Part shown: positions 7,611-17,106 of the stretch, in pieces
Numbering within the stretch: the stretch's first letter is position 1
How the letters are laid out: each line of letters begins with the position of its first letter
Assembly: GCA_965197645.1 (NCBI GenBank)
Contig: OZ240219.1
Coordinates: forward strand, 1,728,001 to 1,792,000
Direction of reading: 5' to 3'
DNA from: Dehalococcoidia bacterium
Lineage (GTDB): Bacteria; Chloroflexota; Dehalococcoidia; Plut-88900
Length of the DNA: 64,000 bases
Notes under the pieces: generated by a model
The model's database searches: none
Told to the model about the DNA's origin: nothing
What the model saw: the letters and a program-made list of their open reading frames with translations, nothing else
Position numbers and translations under genes: made by a program

Positions 7611-10094
7611 TTGCCCGTTCTCCGAGTCGATACAGCGCACGTGGACCCAGCCTCGAAACCCGTCGGCCTGTTAAGCCCTTACCGGGTGCTGGACCTGGCC
7701 GACGAGGGCGGGATCCTAGCCGGCAAGATGTTCGCCGACCTCGGAGCGGACGTGATCGCGGTTGAGCCCCCGGGCGGCAACCCGGTCCGGCACCAGAGGC
7801 CCTTCTACAAGAACGACCCCCATCCGGAGCGCAGCCTGGTCTGGTGGGCCTACTCGGCGGGCAAGCGCAGCGTGACCCTCGACCTGGAGTCCGATGATGG
7901 CCTAAGAGATTTTCGCCTCATGGCCTCCACCGCCGATTTCATTTTCGAGTCCTACGCGCCCGGATACCTGGAAGAGCTGGGCCTGGGGTATGAATCGCTG
8001 CGAAAGGTCAATCCCGCGCTGATAGTGGTGTCCATGACCCCCTTCGGTCAGGACGGGCCCTATTCCGGATATCTATCCTCGGACCTGGTGGGTCTAGCCC
8101 TGGGCGGCCTGGTGAATCTCACGGGCGACGCGGACCGTGCCCCGTTGCGGCCCACCGAGCCCCAGTTCGGCCGGCTCACGGGGGCCTCGGGGGCGGTGGG
8201 CGCTATGGCAGCCCATCACTATCGGACCCTCACCGGCGTGGGGCAGCACGTCGACGTTTCAGGACAACAGGCGGTGGCCCGGGTCCTATCGGAAGCGCCT
8301 GCCACGTGGAGCTTCAGTAAAGTCAACGTGATGCGGGATGGGATCTACCGGGGGATGGCGCGCGGGGTCACGGCTCGTACCACATGGGACTGCAAGGACG
8401 GGTACGTTACCTATTCTCTGACCGGCGGTGGGCTAGGAGGCGGCACCAACGCCCTGTTTCGATGGATGGAGCGGGAAGGGTTCTCCGACGGGGAGGGCGA
8501 GGCGATCGACTGGACCAAGCAGGAGACACGGACGATGTCCCAGGATGTCCTGGACAGGGCCAGCGCCGACGTGGAGGCCTTCTTCATGGCGCACACGAAG
8601 GACGAGCTTTACGCCGGCATGCTAGAGCGCCGGGTACTCTTCTTCCCGGTAAGCACTCCCAGCGATATTCTTGGGGATGCCCAGCTGCAGGCCAGGGACT
8701 ACTTCGTGGAGATCGAGCATCCGGAGGAGAAGGCCAAGTTCCTCTATCCGGGGAGCTTCGTCAAGTCCACGGCGGGACGGGTGGGGGCGCTGCGCAGGGC
8801 GCCGAGAGTGGGAGAGCATAACGAGGAAGTCCTGGCCGAGTCAACGTCCACTCGAAATCCGACTCCCACCGGGAAGAGCTCGGCAAGGGGTGCATTCGAG
8901 GGGCTGAAAGTGCTGGATTTCTGTTGGGTTGCCATCGGGCCCCTGGCGACCCGGTACCTCGCGGACCACGGAGCGACGGTTGTGCGGGTGGAGTCGGGAA
9001 AGAGGGTGGAAACGCTGCGCGGCGCGGAGCCCTATGCGGATGGTGAGCCGGGTATCAACCGGAGCGGCTACTACGCCAACTACAACTGCAACAAATACGG
9101 GATCACGGTGAACCTAGCACACCCCAAAGCCAAAGCCCTGATCGGGCGATTTGTGCAGTGGGCAGACCTGGTGACCGAGAACTTTACGCCGGGCACGATG
9201 GAGCGCCGGGGAATCGGATACGAGGACCTGAAACGGATAAAGCCGGACATCATCATGTTCAGCGCTTCCATGCTGGGTCGGGGTGGCCCCCGCGACCATC
9301 AGCCCGGCTACGGGGGCCTGTTGGGATCGCTGGCCGGGTTCGTGAACCTGTGCGGCTGGCCCGACCGGTCTCCAGTGCCTCCCTACGGGGCCTACACCGA
9401 CTTCTTCCTGGCCCGATTCGCCCTTACCTCCATCGCAGCGGCCATCGACTATCGGAGGCGCACGGGTAAGGGCCAGCACCTGGACCTATCCCAGCTGGAG
9501 GCGGCGCTGCATTTCATATCACCCGCCATCCTCGATTACACCGTGAACGGCCACGAGCAGACCCGGCAGGGAAACGAGGACCCCAACGCCGCGCCCCATG
9601 GCGTGTACCCGTGCAAAGGTGGCGACAGATGGTGTGCTATTGCGGTCCACACGGAACAGCAGTGGGCCGCCCTTCGCCGGGCGATGGGCAATCCGGACTG
9701 GTGCCTCGGAGAGCGATTTGCCGGCCTGGCCAAACGCAAAGAGCACGAAGAACAGCTGGACCGGCTCATCAACCGGTGGACGGTTGGGTACACGCCGGAG
9801 GAGCTGATGGGCCTCCTGCAATCGGTGGGCGTGCCCGCCGGTGCGGTCAACCGGTGCGAAGACCTGTTCAAGGACGTCCAGCTGGCGCATCGGAATCACT
9901 ATATCGAGATGGACCACCCGGAGATGGGCAAACATACATTCGATGGGACCGAGTTCATCCTGCCCGCCTCTCCGGCTCGGTACGAGCGCCCCACACCGCT
10001 GTTGGGCCAGCACAACGAGTACGTCCTGAGGGAGATCCTCGGTATGAGCGACGACGAGGTGGGTGACCTGGTGGCGGAGGGAGTGCTGGAGTAA
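7611..10094 (+). CDS. Family III (CaiB/BaiF) CoA-transferase, tandem two-domain fusion
   Basis: Two domains: RVLDL..ADLGADVIAVEPPGG and KVLDF..ADHGATVVRVES; ENFTPG; GAYTD in domain 2. Confidence 0.9.
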   Translation: MPVLRVDTAHVDPASKPVGLLSPYRVLDLADEGGILAGKMFADLGADVIAVEPPGGNPVRHQRPFYKNDPHPERSLVWWAYSAGKRSVTLDLESDDGLRDFRLMASTADFIFESYAPGYLEELGLGYESLRKVNPALIVVSMTPFGQDGPYSGYLSSDLVGLALGGLVNLTGDADRAPLRPTEPQFGRLTGASGAVGAMAAHHYRTLTGVGQHVDVSGQQAVARVLSEAPATWSFSKVNVMRDGIYRGMARGVTARTTWDCKDGYVTYSLTGGGLGGGTNALFRWMEREGFSDGEGEAIDWTKQETRTMSQDVLDRASADVEAFFMAHTKDELYAGMLERRVLFFPVSTPSDILGDAQLQARDYFVEIEHPEEKAKFLYPGSFVKSTAGRVGALRRAPRVGEHNEEVLAESTSTRNPTPTGKSSARGAFEGLKVLDFCWVAIGPLATRYLADHGATVVRVESGKRVETLRGAEPYADGEPGINRSGYYANYNCNKYGITVNLAHPKAKALIGRFVQWADLVTENFTPGTMERRGIGYEDLKRIKPDIIMFSASMLGRGGPRDHQPGYGGLLGSLAGFVNLCGWPDRSPVPPYGAYTDFFLARFALTSIAAAIDYRRRTGKGQHLDLSQLEAALHFISPAILDYTVNGHEQTRQGNEDPNAAPHGVYPCKGGDRWCAIAVHTEQQWAALRRAMGNPDWCLGERFAGLAKRKEHEEQLDRLINRWTVGYTPEELMGLLQSVGVPAGAVNRCEDLFKDVQLAHRNHYIEMDHPEMGKHTFDGTEFILPASPARYERPTPLLGQHNEYVLREILGMSDDEVGDLVAEGVLE

Positions 10095-10151
10095 CGGCAA
10101 GGCCGGAGTAAAACAATCCTCGAACCCGCAATCGGGAATCGACCTCAATCG

Positions 10152-10160
10152 TGATAAAAT
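10152..10160 (+). promoter_or_regulatory. Extended -10 promoter (TGaTAAAAT) for HAS-barrel/herA
   Basis: tgataaaat followed by AGGAG RBS (10185-10189) and TTG start at 10196. Confidence 0.45.
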
Positions 10161-10195
10161 TGGTTGGTGAAGGCCAATCGGTACAGGAGACGTAC

Positions 10196-10801
10196 TTGGG
10201 CGACAGGGTAGGCGAGGTAATCGAAAGCGGCTCCACCGGGTTCGTTGCTCAGGCCTATGAGCTTCACTCCCCTCCTTCCCTGGGCAGCCTCGTCAAGGTC
10301 AAAGGTGGCCAGGGCGAGATCCTGGCCGTGGTCAGCAGCGCCGAGACCTCTTCGATTCAGCCCGGCCGGACGCCAGTAGCCCGGGGGCAAGACGATGCAT
10401 CGGAGGAGGAACTTCACGCCAACAACCCTCAGTTGGAAAAGCTGCTGTCCACCACCTTCACCGGACTGATTCTCGGCCACGTGGTCCACGGCCCGGACGG
10501 TGCAAATGGCGTGCGGGTATACCACCGGCTGCCGCCGCACCCGCCCAAGATCCACGCCTTCGTACTATCGTGTGACACCGACGAGGTAGCCAGGTTTACG
10601 GTGCAGACGGACTATCTGCCCCTGCTAGTTAGCTCGGCCACCGACACCCGGGACGAGCTGATTACCGCCTGTATCAGGTCCCTGGGCCGGGCCCATGCGC
10701 AGCCGAGGGACTACCTCGTCAGGGTTGGCAAAGAGCTATCGCTGCTGCTGGCCGGGGAGCCTCAACGGTTGAGTGCCATACTGAAGGGAATACGTGCTTG
10801 A
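10196..10801 (+). CDS. Standalone HAS-barrel domain protein (HerA/NurA associated)
   Basis: VGEVIES.ST.F.AQ.YEL..PP.LGSLV, and LPPHPPKIHAFV; overlaps the herA start. Confidence 0.72.
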   Translation: MGDRVGEVIESGSTGFVAQAYELHSPPSLGSLVKVKGGQGEILAVVSSAETSSIQPGRTPVARGQDDASEEELHANNPQLEKLLSTTFTGLILGHVVHGPDGANGVRVYHRLPPHPPKIHAFVLSCDTDEVARFTVQTDYLPLLVSSATDTRDELITACIRSLGRAHAQPRDYLVRVGKELSLLLAGEPQRLSAILKGIRA

Positions 10802-12474
10802 ACGACGATCTGCTCGACCTCAAAACCGACGACACCGATTCATCGAAGCGGCTGGGACGGGTGGTGGGGGGTTCGCTGATGGAGGGGGTCAGGATCAAGC
10901 TGGACGGAGATGTATCGGTTGAGGATATGGCCGTCGGCCGGTACGTGGTCATCGAAGGCGGCCGGCAACGGTTCTTCGGAATGATAACCGACGTTACCCT
11001 CGACAGCATCGATCCGCGGCTAACCATCAACCCGCCCGACATCTCGGACCCCTTTATCGCTGAGGTGTTGTCGGGCACGGCGCTGTACGGGAACCTCAAG
11101 GTGACGCCCATGCTCACCATTGCCGCCGACGATTTCAGCACTATCGAAGGTCCTCAGCCGGTTCGTACGGTGCCTTCCCACTTTTCGGAGTCCAGAGAGG
11201 CCTCGGACCAGGATATGACATCGGTGTTCGGCGGTGAGGACGAGAGGCACTTCTTCATCGGCAATCCGCTGGACATGGAGACCAAGGTCTGCCTCAACCT
11301 GGAAGAGTACGTGAAGCGGAGCAACGCCGTCTTCGGGAAGAGCGGGACGGGCAAGACCTTCCTGACGCGGCTGCTTCTGATAGGGATTCTGCAGAAGGAC
11401 GTGGGGGTCAACCTGGTCTTCGATATGCACGGCGAGTATGGGTGGCAAGGCTCCAGCGAGGGAGGTACGAAGGTCAAGGGGCTCAAACAGCTGTTCCCCT
11501 CCAAGGTGGCGGTGTTCTCCCTGGACCCGCAAAGTGCCCGGCAGCGGGGCGTCAGCACCGACGTGAACGTCGAGATAGGGTACGACGAGATCGAGCCCGA
11601 AGACATTGCCATGTTGAGAGAGACCCTGAACATGAGCGAGGTGGCGTCCCAGGCTGCGTACAGCCTGGAGAGACGGTACGGCGCCAAGAAGTGGCTCTCT
11701 ACTTTCCTCAACCTGGAGGGAACGGACGCCATCTTTGAGCTGGCAAAGGAGATCAACGTGAACGGCGAGGCGCTATCGGCGTTGCACCGTCGGCTGCAGA
11801 CGTTGCGCCGATTGCCCTTTCTGGTAGACAAGCCCCAACAGGACTCGGTGAAGCGGTCCCTGGAGTACCTGGAACGAGGGATCACCGTCGTGCTGGAGTT
11901 CGGGCGGTACGGCGATAATCTGGCGGCGTACATACTGGTCGCCAATCTGCTGAGCCGTCGGATCCACGATCAGTACGTGCGAAGGTCGGAACGTGCCCTG
12001 TCGAGCAATGGCGTCAAGCCCAAACCCCTGGTGATCACCATCGAGGAGGCGCACAAGTTCCTGAACCCGGGGCTGGCCAACCAGACCATCTTCGGAAACA
12101 TCGCCCGGGAGATGCGGAAGTACAACGTCACGCTGCTGGTGATAGACCAGCGTCCCAGCGGCATCGATGACGAGGTGATGTCCCAGATAGGCACCAAGAT
12201 AGCCTGCCTGCTGGACAATGAACGGGACGTAGACAGCGTGCTGACAGGGGTTTCCGGCAGAAGCCGCCTGAAATCGGTGTTGGCGAGCCTGGACAGCAAA
12301 CAGCAGGCCCTTATCTTCGGACACGCACTGCCCATGCCTGTGGTGGTCAAGACCAGGGAGTACGGCTCGGCCGAGTCCTATCAGAGCTTGACCGCTCGCT
12401 TCACCGGAGATAAAGGGAAGGACATGGTAGCCGTCGAGTCCGACCTGGAGGACCTGTGGGGAGAAGGGGAGTAG
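10798..12474 (+). CDS. herA: HerA-family (DUF87) ATPase/helicase
   Basis: N-terminal HAS barrel, Walker A GKSGTGKT, FDMHGEY, Walker B IEEAHKF, REMRKY, DQRPS. Confidence 0.9.
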   Translation: MNDDLLDLKTDDTDSSKRLGRVVGGSLMEGVRIKLDGDVSVEDMAVGRYVVIEGGRQRFFGMITDVTLDSIDPRLTINPPDISDPFIAEVLSGTALYGNLKVTPMLTIAADDFSTIEGPQPVRTVPSHFSESREASDQDMTSVFGGEDERHFFIGNPLDMETKVCLNLEEYVKRSNAVFGKSGTGKTFLTRLLLIGILQKDVGVNLVFDMHGEYGWQGSSEGGTKVKGLKQLFPSKVAVFSLDPQSARQRGVSTDVNVEIGYDEIEPEDIAMLRETLNMSEVASQAAYSLERRYGAKKWLSTFLNLEGTDAIFELAKEINVNGEALSALHRRLQTLRRLPFLVDKPQQDSVKRSLEYLERGITVVLEFGRYGDNLAAYILVANLLSRRIHDQYVRRSERALSSNGVKPKPLVITIEEAHKFLNPGLANQTIFGNIAREMRKYNVTLLVIDQRPSGIDDEVMSQIGTKIACLLDNERDVDSVLTGVSGRSRLKSVLASLDSKQQALIFGHALPMPVVVKTREYGSAESYQSLTARFTGDKGKDMVAVESDLEDLWGEGE

Positions 12475-12513
12475 GCGGGGTCCGACGTAATCTCGACCCT
12501 GGCCAGGGTCTGC

Positions 12514-14679
12514 TTAGGTGGAGAAGGAGGCTGAATCCATAAACCGGACCAGGACGTTACCGGTGATTCGGGAGACGTTGTTGTCGTAGGCGTTGTGGGA
12601 GAGGGAGGCGCACCAGGCCATCGAGCTGATGGAGAAAACGGCGCCACCAACGCCGGTCTCGAAGAATACCATCTCCGCGGTGTAGTCCTCTTTGATCAGG
12701 CCGTACTTGCCGGTGTGCTCGGTGTGGCCTTCCGAACGGGCCAGGACCAGCTCGTTGGAGGACAGATCGCGGCGAAAGCGGTCCGAGGTGTTGTCCCACT
12801 CCTGGCCGACGGCGCCCCCTCGCAAGCCGAAGTTGCCGATCAGCTCATCGTCTCCAATGCCCTCGAAGATGAACTTGGCCCGGCGGTCGAAGCTGTCGGG
12901 CTGCCGCCGGTAGTAGGTCGAGTGGTCGAAGCCCTGGGCGGAGGTGCTGACCCCGATCAGTTTGTCGGAAGAGCGGCCTGAAAGCCAGGTGTAACCGCCT
13001 CTTTCACCCGTGGTGGACATCTCGTTCTCGCCGGCCCGGTTGGCGTATCGACTTTTCCACAGCTCCGATTTTCTACACTCCATTATCCATGGTCGATCGG
13101 GGTGGTAGGCGACGAGGAAGGAGTAGATGTTGCCGCCCAGCATCATCAGCCGTCCGCCCCGGTGGGTGTAGTCGTGGAGGGCGTCCCACATTCGCGTCGA
13201 AATGTACTCCGGATGGGTCGAGCTAAGGACGACTTGATAAGGCTCCAGGCTAGGCAGTCCTTCGCGGTCCAGGTCCTCATCGGTGATCACGTCGTAGGCG
13301 ATGCCTTCGGCCTCCAGCCAATCGGTCAGGTAGAGGTCGCTGGGATAGCCCTCCCATCTGCGGTGTCCGGGCCGCATGAAGAGGTTGGGGCGTAGGCGGG
13401 AGACGTAGCAGACATCGGTCCCGTCCTTGTGCTGGTCATAGACTGAGGGCCCAAGCTCTGGATGCTCGATGAGATAACGGTCTTCGAGGCCGTACTCCAA
13501 GTACCGGTTGAGGAGCATTTCCTGGGTGGGCTGTTCCCACCAGAAGCGGGAGTTGCCGTAGGCCAGATAGGTACCGGTGGACGCCAGAAGGAGACATTTC
13601 GCCCTCGGCTTATCGGGTGAAGGCCTGACGAAAAAGGGTATGAAGTCCTCGTGGTCTCTCGACTGGACGTGGACGGCGTAGAAACCACTTTTCAGATCGG
13701 TCGGGACGGTCCACTCCACCGAGGGCTGCCATCTGCAGTCTTCTAGACCGTCCTCCAGGAAATGGATGGCTCCATACTCCTCGGGAGCCGCGGACAGCGT
13801 CGAATTGGACCAATTGGAGCCGCAAACACCGCGCATCGGCAGGTTGAGCAGTTGGCCCGATATTCTGTTGGCCGAGACGTCGGTGATAGTGTAGGTGTCG
13901 ATGCCGATGGAGAAGTCCCACGCAGCGACGGTATCATCGGGCAGGTGTCCGGTGGCCAGAGAGGCTATCTCGCTGGGCCTGAGAGCCCGGCTGGCAATGG
14001 CAGGCCTCTCTATCCGACCGTTGAAGTGCTTCTCCGTGACAATCCGCTCTCCACTTCGGCTCTTCGCCTGGGCCCCTACCAGGAAAGGTGTGTCCGGGTC
14101 GCCGATTTCGCCAGCAGGGGCATTGAATACCTCCGATGAAGGACCAGTATCGGCCCCCGCATCATTCAGAGGGTTGCAGTGGATGGATACCTCGCGGGTG
14201 TTGGACTGGTAGGTAGCAGCGATGGTGTACCATCTCCTCGCTTCCAACCGAGTGCCGAGGGCCAGGGACTCGTTGCCCAAGGCCAGCGCCGGCCGCCCCT
14301 CACTATCGATGAGGAGGGCAAACCCCCGCTGTGCATCTCCGGTGTAGCGGGATAGGACCACCTGGTCTCCATTACCGGGCAGGGTGGGGAAGACGTTTGC
14401 TTGAAGAGTGAAATCGGTCAGCCCTGAAAGCAGAGGATGATCATCGATTAGCGCGTAGGAGCCCGGGTGTACAGGCTGAAAGAGGCCCTCATGCTCGCCA
14501 AGAGATGACACCCGCTCGGACTTGATACCCGGCCCCAGCGGGTTGGGATCGTAAGAGACCATACGCACGATCTCAGCGTTGAAGGAGGAGACGTTGGCGT
14601 CGCAGCTAACGTAGCCACGAAGGGTTTCGGCGGGGGCTACGGAGAGGGTATCGGTGTATCCGATGATGCCTTTGGTCAT
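12514..14679 (-). CDS. N,N-dimethylformamidase large (beta) subunit family
   Basis: LamG-like N-terminal part; TYLAYGN, SVYDQHKDG, HPEY, GQEWD motifs. ATG 14679 overlaps the upstream stop (ATGA). Confidence 0.85.
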   Translation of the reverse strand: MTKGIIGYTDTLSVAPAETLRGYVSCDANVSSFNAEIVRMVSYDPNPLGPGIKSERVSSLGEHEGLFQPVHPGSYALIDDHPLLSGLTDFTLQANVFPTLPGNGDQVVLSRYTGDAQRGFALLIDSEGRPALALGNESLALGTRLEARRWYTIAATYQSNTREVSIHCNPLNDAGADTGPSSEVFNAPAGEIGDPDTPFLVGAQAKSRSGERIVTEKHFNGRIERPAIASRALRPSEIASLATGHLPDDTVAAWDFSIGIDTYTITDVSANRISGQLLNLPMRGVCGSNWSNSTLSAAPEEYGAIHFLEDGLEDCRWQPSVEWTVPTDLKSGFYAVHVQSRDHEDFIPFFVRPSPDKPRAKCLLLASTGTYLAYGNSRFWWEQPTQEMLLNRYLEYGLEDRYLIEHPELGPSVYDQHKDGTDVCYVSRLRPNLFMRPGHRRWEGYPSDLYLTDWLEAEGIAYDVITDEDLDREGLPSLEPYQVVLSSTHPEYISTRMWDALHDYTHRGGRLMMLGGNIYSFLVAYHPDRPWIMECRKSELWKSRYANRAGENEMSTTGERGGYTWLSGRSSDKLIGVSTSAQGFDHSTYYRRQPDSFDRRAKFIFEGIGDDELIGNFGLRGGAVGQEWDNTSDRFRRDLSSNELVLARSEGHTEHTGKYGLIKEDYTAEMVFFETGVGGAVFSISSMAWCASLSHNAYDNNVSRITGNVLVRFMDSASFST

Positions 14680-15044
14680 TCTATCGGCAGTTCCCGGCCG
14701 GTGTGCCGCTTCCACTGGAGCTTGAGCAGCGCCCACTCGGCGTCTTCGAAACGCGTAAAGGGAGATTCATCGAGCACTTCTACCGGGCCGGTGCGGCGGT
14801 CGACGTGTATCTCGGCAATGACCCACTCCTGGTGGGGCTTGCGGCAGAGGATGACGTACCTGCCGTCTCCATAAGGGTTCCCATTCACTGCCTGAAGCCG
14901 GACGATGTTCAACATCTCCTGCACCTCGGGGTCGTGCGGGGCGGCGGGGTTGTCGCGATACCGCTGGGCGAGGTCCGTCCGCGACGGATCGATCTTGCGG
15001 TCTATGAATTCCCGTTCCGGGCCTGTGGGTTCTGGAAAGAGCAT
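14676..15044 (-). CDS. N,N-dimethylformamidase small (alpha) subunit-like protein
   Basis: NP..PHDPEVQ.MLN.VR, GRYV, EWVIAEI, F..FEDAEWA pattern; translationally coupled to the large subunit. Confidence 0.72.
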   Translation of the reverse strand: MLFPEPTGPEREFIDRKIDPSRTDLAQRYRDNPAAPHDPEVQEMLNIVRLQAVNGNPYGDGRYVILCRKPHQEWVIAEIHVDRRTGPVEVLDESPFTRFEDAEWALLKLQWKRHTGRELPIE

Positions 15045-15146
15045 GGAAAGCGATTATTGGTCCGGCCTTACCGGTCGATCAGGCACATCTGAGGTGGAGA
15101 ACCATCCCGCCCAGCCGCCGGGACAGGTGGGATGGAACGGGTCTAC

Positions 15147-16094
15147 CTACTTGATTCTAGTGATGATAGAGTCGGCCTGGGATATGGTAGCCTTCATCAG
15201 GTCCTCGGTGCTCAGCACCTCGGTTATGAGGCCTGCGCCTGCACCGCACAGGGCGAGGCCCTCCTCAAGTCTGCCATCCAGCAGGGCGGCGCGCTCCAGG
15301 TCGTCGACCAGGTAGAGGCTCAGCTCTCGTTTCGACCCGTTGCCCCCCTGGAAGATGCTGGAGGCGGCGTTCTTCAGGACCCGCCGTTGCTGGGAGTCGA
15401 CGTTGATGATGGTGGTGCTGGAATCGATGGCGTTGATTATGGCCTCTTTGATGTTGTGGTGGGCGATGCACTCGTGGGTGGCGATGAAGCGTGTCCCCAT
15501 CTGGGCCGCCGTTGCGCCCAGCGAAAGGGCGGCGGCGAGGCCGCGGCCATCGACGATGCCGCCGGCCGCCACCACCGGGATCTCCACTGCGTCAACCACT
15601 TGGGGGACCAGGGCGAAGGTGGGCAGCTCGTTGCGTCCGACCTGGTTGCCGGCCTCGTGGCCCTGGGCCACTATCACGTCGGCGCCCCGTGCTTCTGCCG
15701 CCCGAGCCTCGCTGACCGAGGAGGCCACGTGGAACACGGTGATCCCCGCGTCTTTTATCAGGCCGGTATGGACGTCCGGGCTGCCCAGGGCGGTGAAGAC
15801 CACAGGCACAGACTGTTCAATGGTGATGTTGACGAGGGTGTCCAGCTGGAGGTGTCCCAGGTTCAGGGATACGCCGTAAGGCTTGGTGGTCAAGGCCCGC
15901 AGCTTGCGAAGCTGGGCGTGGTAGTTCTCGGCGATATCTCCATTGGCCGGCAGACCGGCATTGGGCACTATCACACCCAGCCCTCCGGCGTTGGAGACGG
16001 CAGCCGCCAACTCGGCATTGGAGACCCAGCTCATTCCGGCCTGGATGATCGCGTGCTGAATTCCCAGCGACTTGGATAGCTTTGTGGTCTTCAT
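15147..16094 (-). CDS. Nitronate monooxygenase / FabK-like FMN oxidoreductase
   Basis: IIQAGM, ELAAAVSNAGGLG, VVAAGGIVDGRG, QMGTRF. Confidence 0.85.
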   Translation of the reverse strand: MKTTKLSKSLGIQHAIIQAGMSWVSNAELAAAVSNAGGLGVIVPNAGLPANGDIAENYHAQLRKLRALTTKPYGVSLNLGHLQLDTLVNITIEQSVPVVFTALGSPDVHTGLIKDAGITVFHVASSVSEARAAEARGADVIVAQGHEAGNQVGRNELPTFALVPQVVDAVEIPVVAAGGIVDGRGLAAALSLGATAAQMGTRFIATHECIAHHNIKEAIINAIDSSTTIINVDSQQRRVLKNAASSIFQGGNGSKRELSLYLVDDLERAALLDGRLEEGLALCGAGAGLITEVLSTEDLMKATISQADSIITRIK

Positions 16095-16228
16095 TGGACG
16101 GCCCCTTTCGGAGCGCGGTACGGAATCCGGCGCTGCACCGGCATAGAAGCAGACCGTTGTAGAGTCGAAACCGTTACTGCTTTAATGTGCGGTGGCTTAT
16201 GGTTCATGGGATGGTGGTTGGATTTGGC

Positions 16229-16257
16229 ATTCTAGTTTTAACGGTGTAGAGTGTCAA
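16229..16257 (-). promoter_or_regulatory. Near-consensus sigma70 promoter TTGACA-N17-TAGAAT
   Basis: tgtcaa at 16252-16257, attcta at 16229-16234, 17-nt spacer. Confidence 0.7.
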
Positions 16258-16327
16258 GTAGTTTGAGGGGGTCGTGATATACTATTGCGATTCTATACCT
16301 AGTACCATTGATTGCAAAGTAGAGCTG

Positions 16328-16510
16328 ATGAAAAAAGACCTGATGGAGATACTCGCCTGTCCTACCTGCAAAGGGAGCCTGGAGCTTTCTGTGGAGGAGG
16401 AGAAGGACGAGGAGATAATTGTCGGTTCCCTATCCTGCGCCAAGTGCTCGGAAAGCTACCCGATAGACGATTCAATCCCCAGTTTTCTGCCCGCTGAACT
16501 GCGCCAGTAA
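16328..16510 (+). CDS. Trm112/YcaR-like small Zn-binding protein
   Basis: MKKDLMEILACPTCKGSL...L.CAKC...YPIDDSIP. Confidence 0.85.
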   Translation: MKKDLMEILACPTCKGSLELSVEEEKDEEIIVGSLSCAKCSESYPIDDSIPSFLPAELRQ

Positions 16511-16524
16511 CCCGCTCCACTCCC

Positions 16525-17106
16525 TTACTCTGCGCCCTGCTTGTCCCTATCGACCATATGACCGGTCGGGCTGGGGATGAGGTCGTCAACGAAGAGGGGG
16601 CTCCAGTTGCGTCTCTTGATCTTCCCTTCAAGCTCCACGTCTGCGAGCATCTCGGAGATCGTCTGGCGCCGTACCGGATGCATGTGAGCGGGATCCAGCT
16701 CCACCAACGGGGCCAGGGTGAAGGCCCTTTCGTGTACTCGCGGGTGAGGAATAGTCAGCTGATCGCTATCGACGGTCTCGTCGCCGTAGAAAAGAAGATC
16801 GATGTCTATGGGCCGGGGAGCGTTCCTGAAGCTGAGCAACCTGCCCAACTGCTCTTCGATATGCTTGACGTAGTCCAGCAGTTTGGGAGGGCTGAGATCG
16901 GTGTAGGCGCAACAGACGCAGTTGAGGAACCAGGGCTGGTCCTTGTAGCCGACGGGTTCTGTCTCGTACAGAGAGGAGATACGGGCGACGGTGACATCGG
17001 GTGGCAACAGCTTGAAGGCCTGGGCCAGGTTCGCCTCCTTGTTTCCCACGTTGGAACCCAGTCCCATGTAAACTTTCGTGTGATGGACCAGACTTCTACG
17101 TTCCAT
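16525..17106 (-). CDS. folK: 2-amino-4-hydroxy-6-hydroxymethyldihydropteridine diphosphokinase
   Basis: YMGLGSNVG, SSLYETEP, FLN, PRPIDIDLL, LTIPHPR..ERAF. Confidence 0.95.
   Translation of the reverse strand: MERRSLVHHTKVYMGLGSNVGNKEANLAQAFKLLPPDVTVARISSLYETEPVGYKDQPWFLNCVCCAYTDLSPPKLLDYVKHIEEQLGRLLSFRNAPRPIDIDLLFYGDETVDSDQLTIPHPRVHERAFTLAPLVELDPAHMHPVRRQTISEMLADVELEGKIKRRNWSPLFVDDLIPSPTGHMVDRDKQGAE

Noticed and set aside
10798-12474. HerA as a defence ATPase (Sir2-HerA or DUF4297-HerA)
   Set aside because: No adjacent Sir2 or nuclease effector; context is HAS-barrel plus NurA with host-like composition, which fits the repair system.
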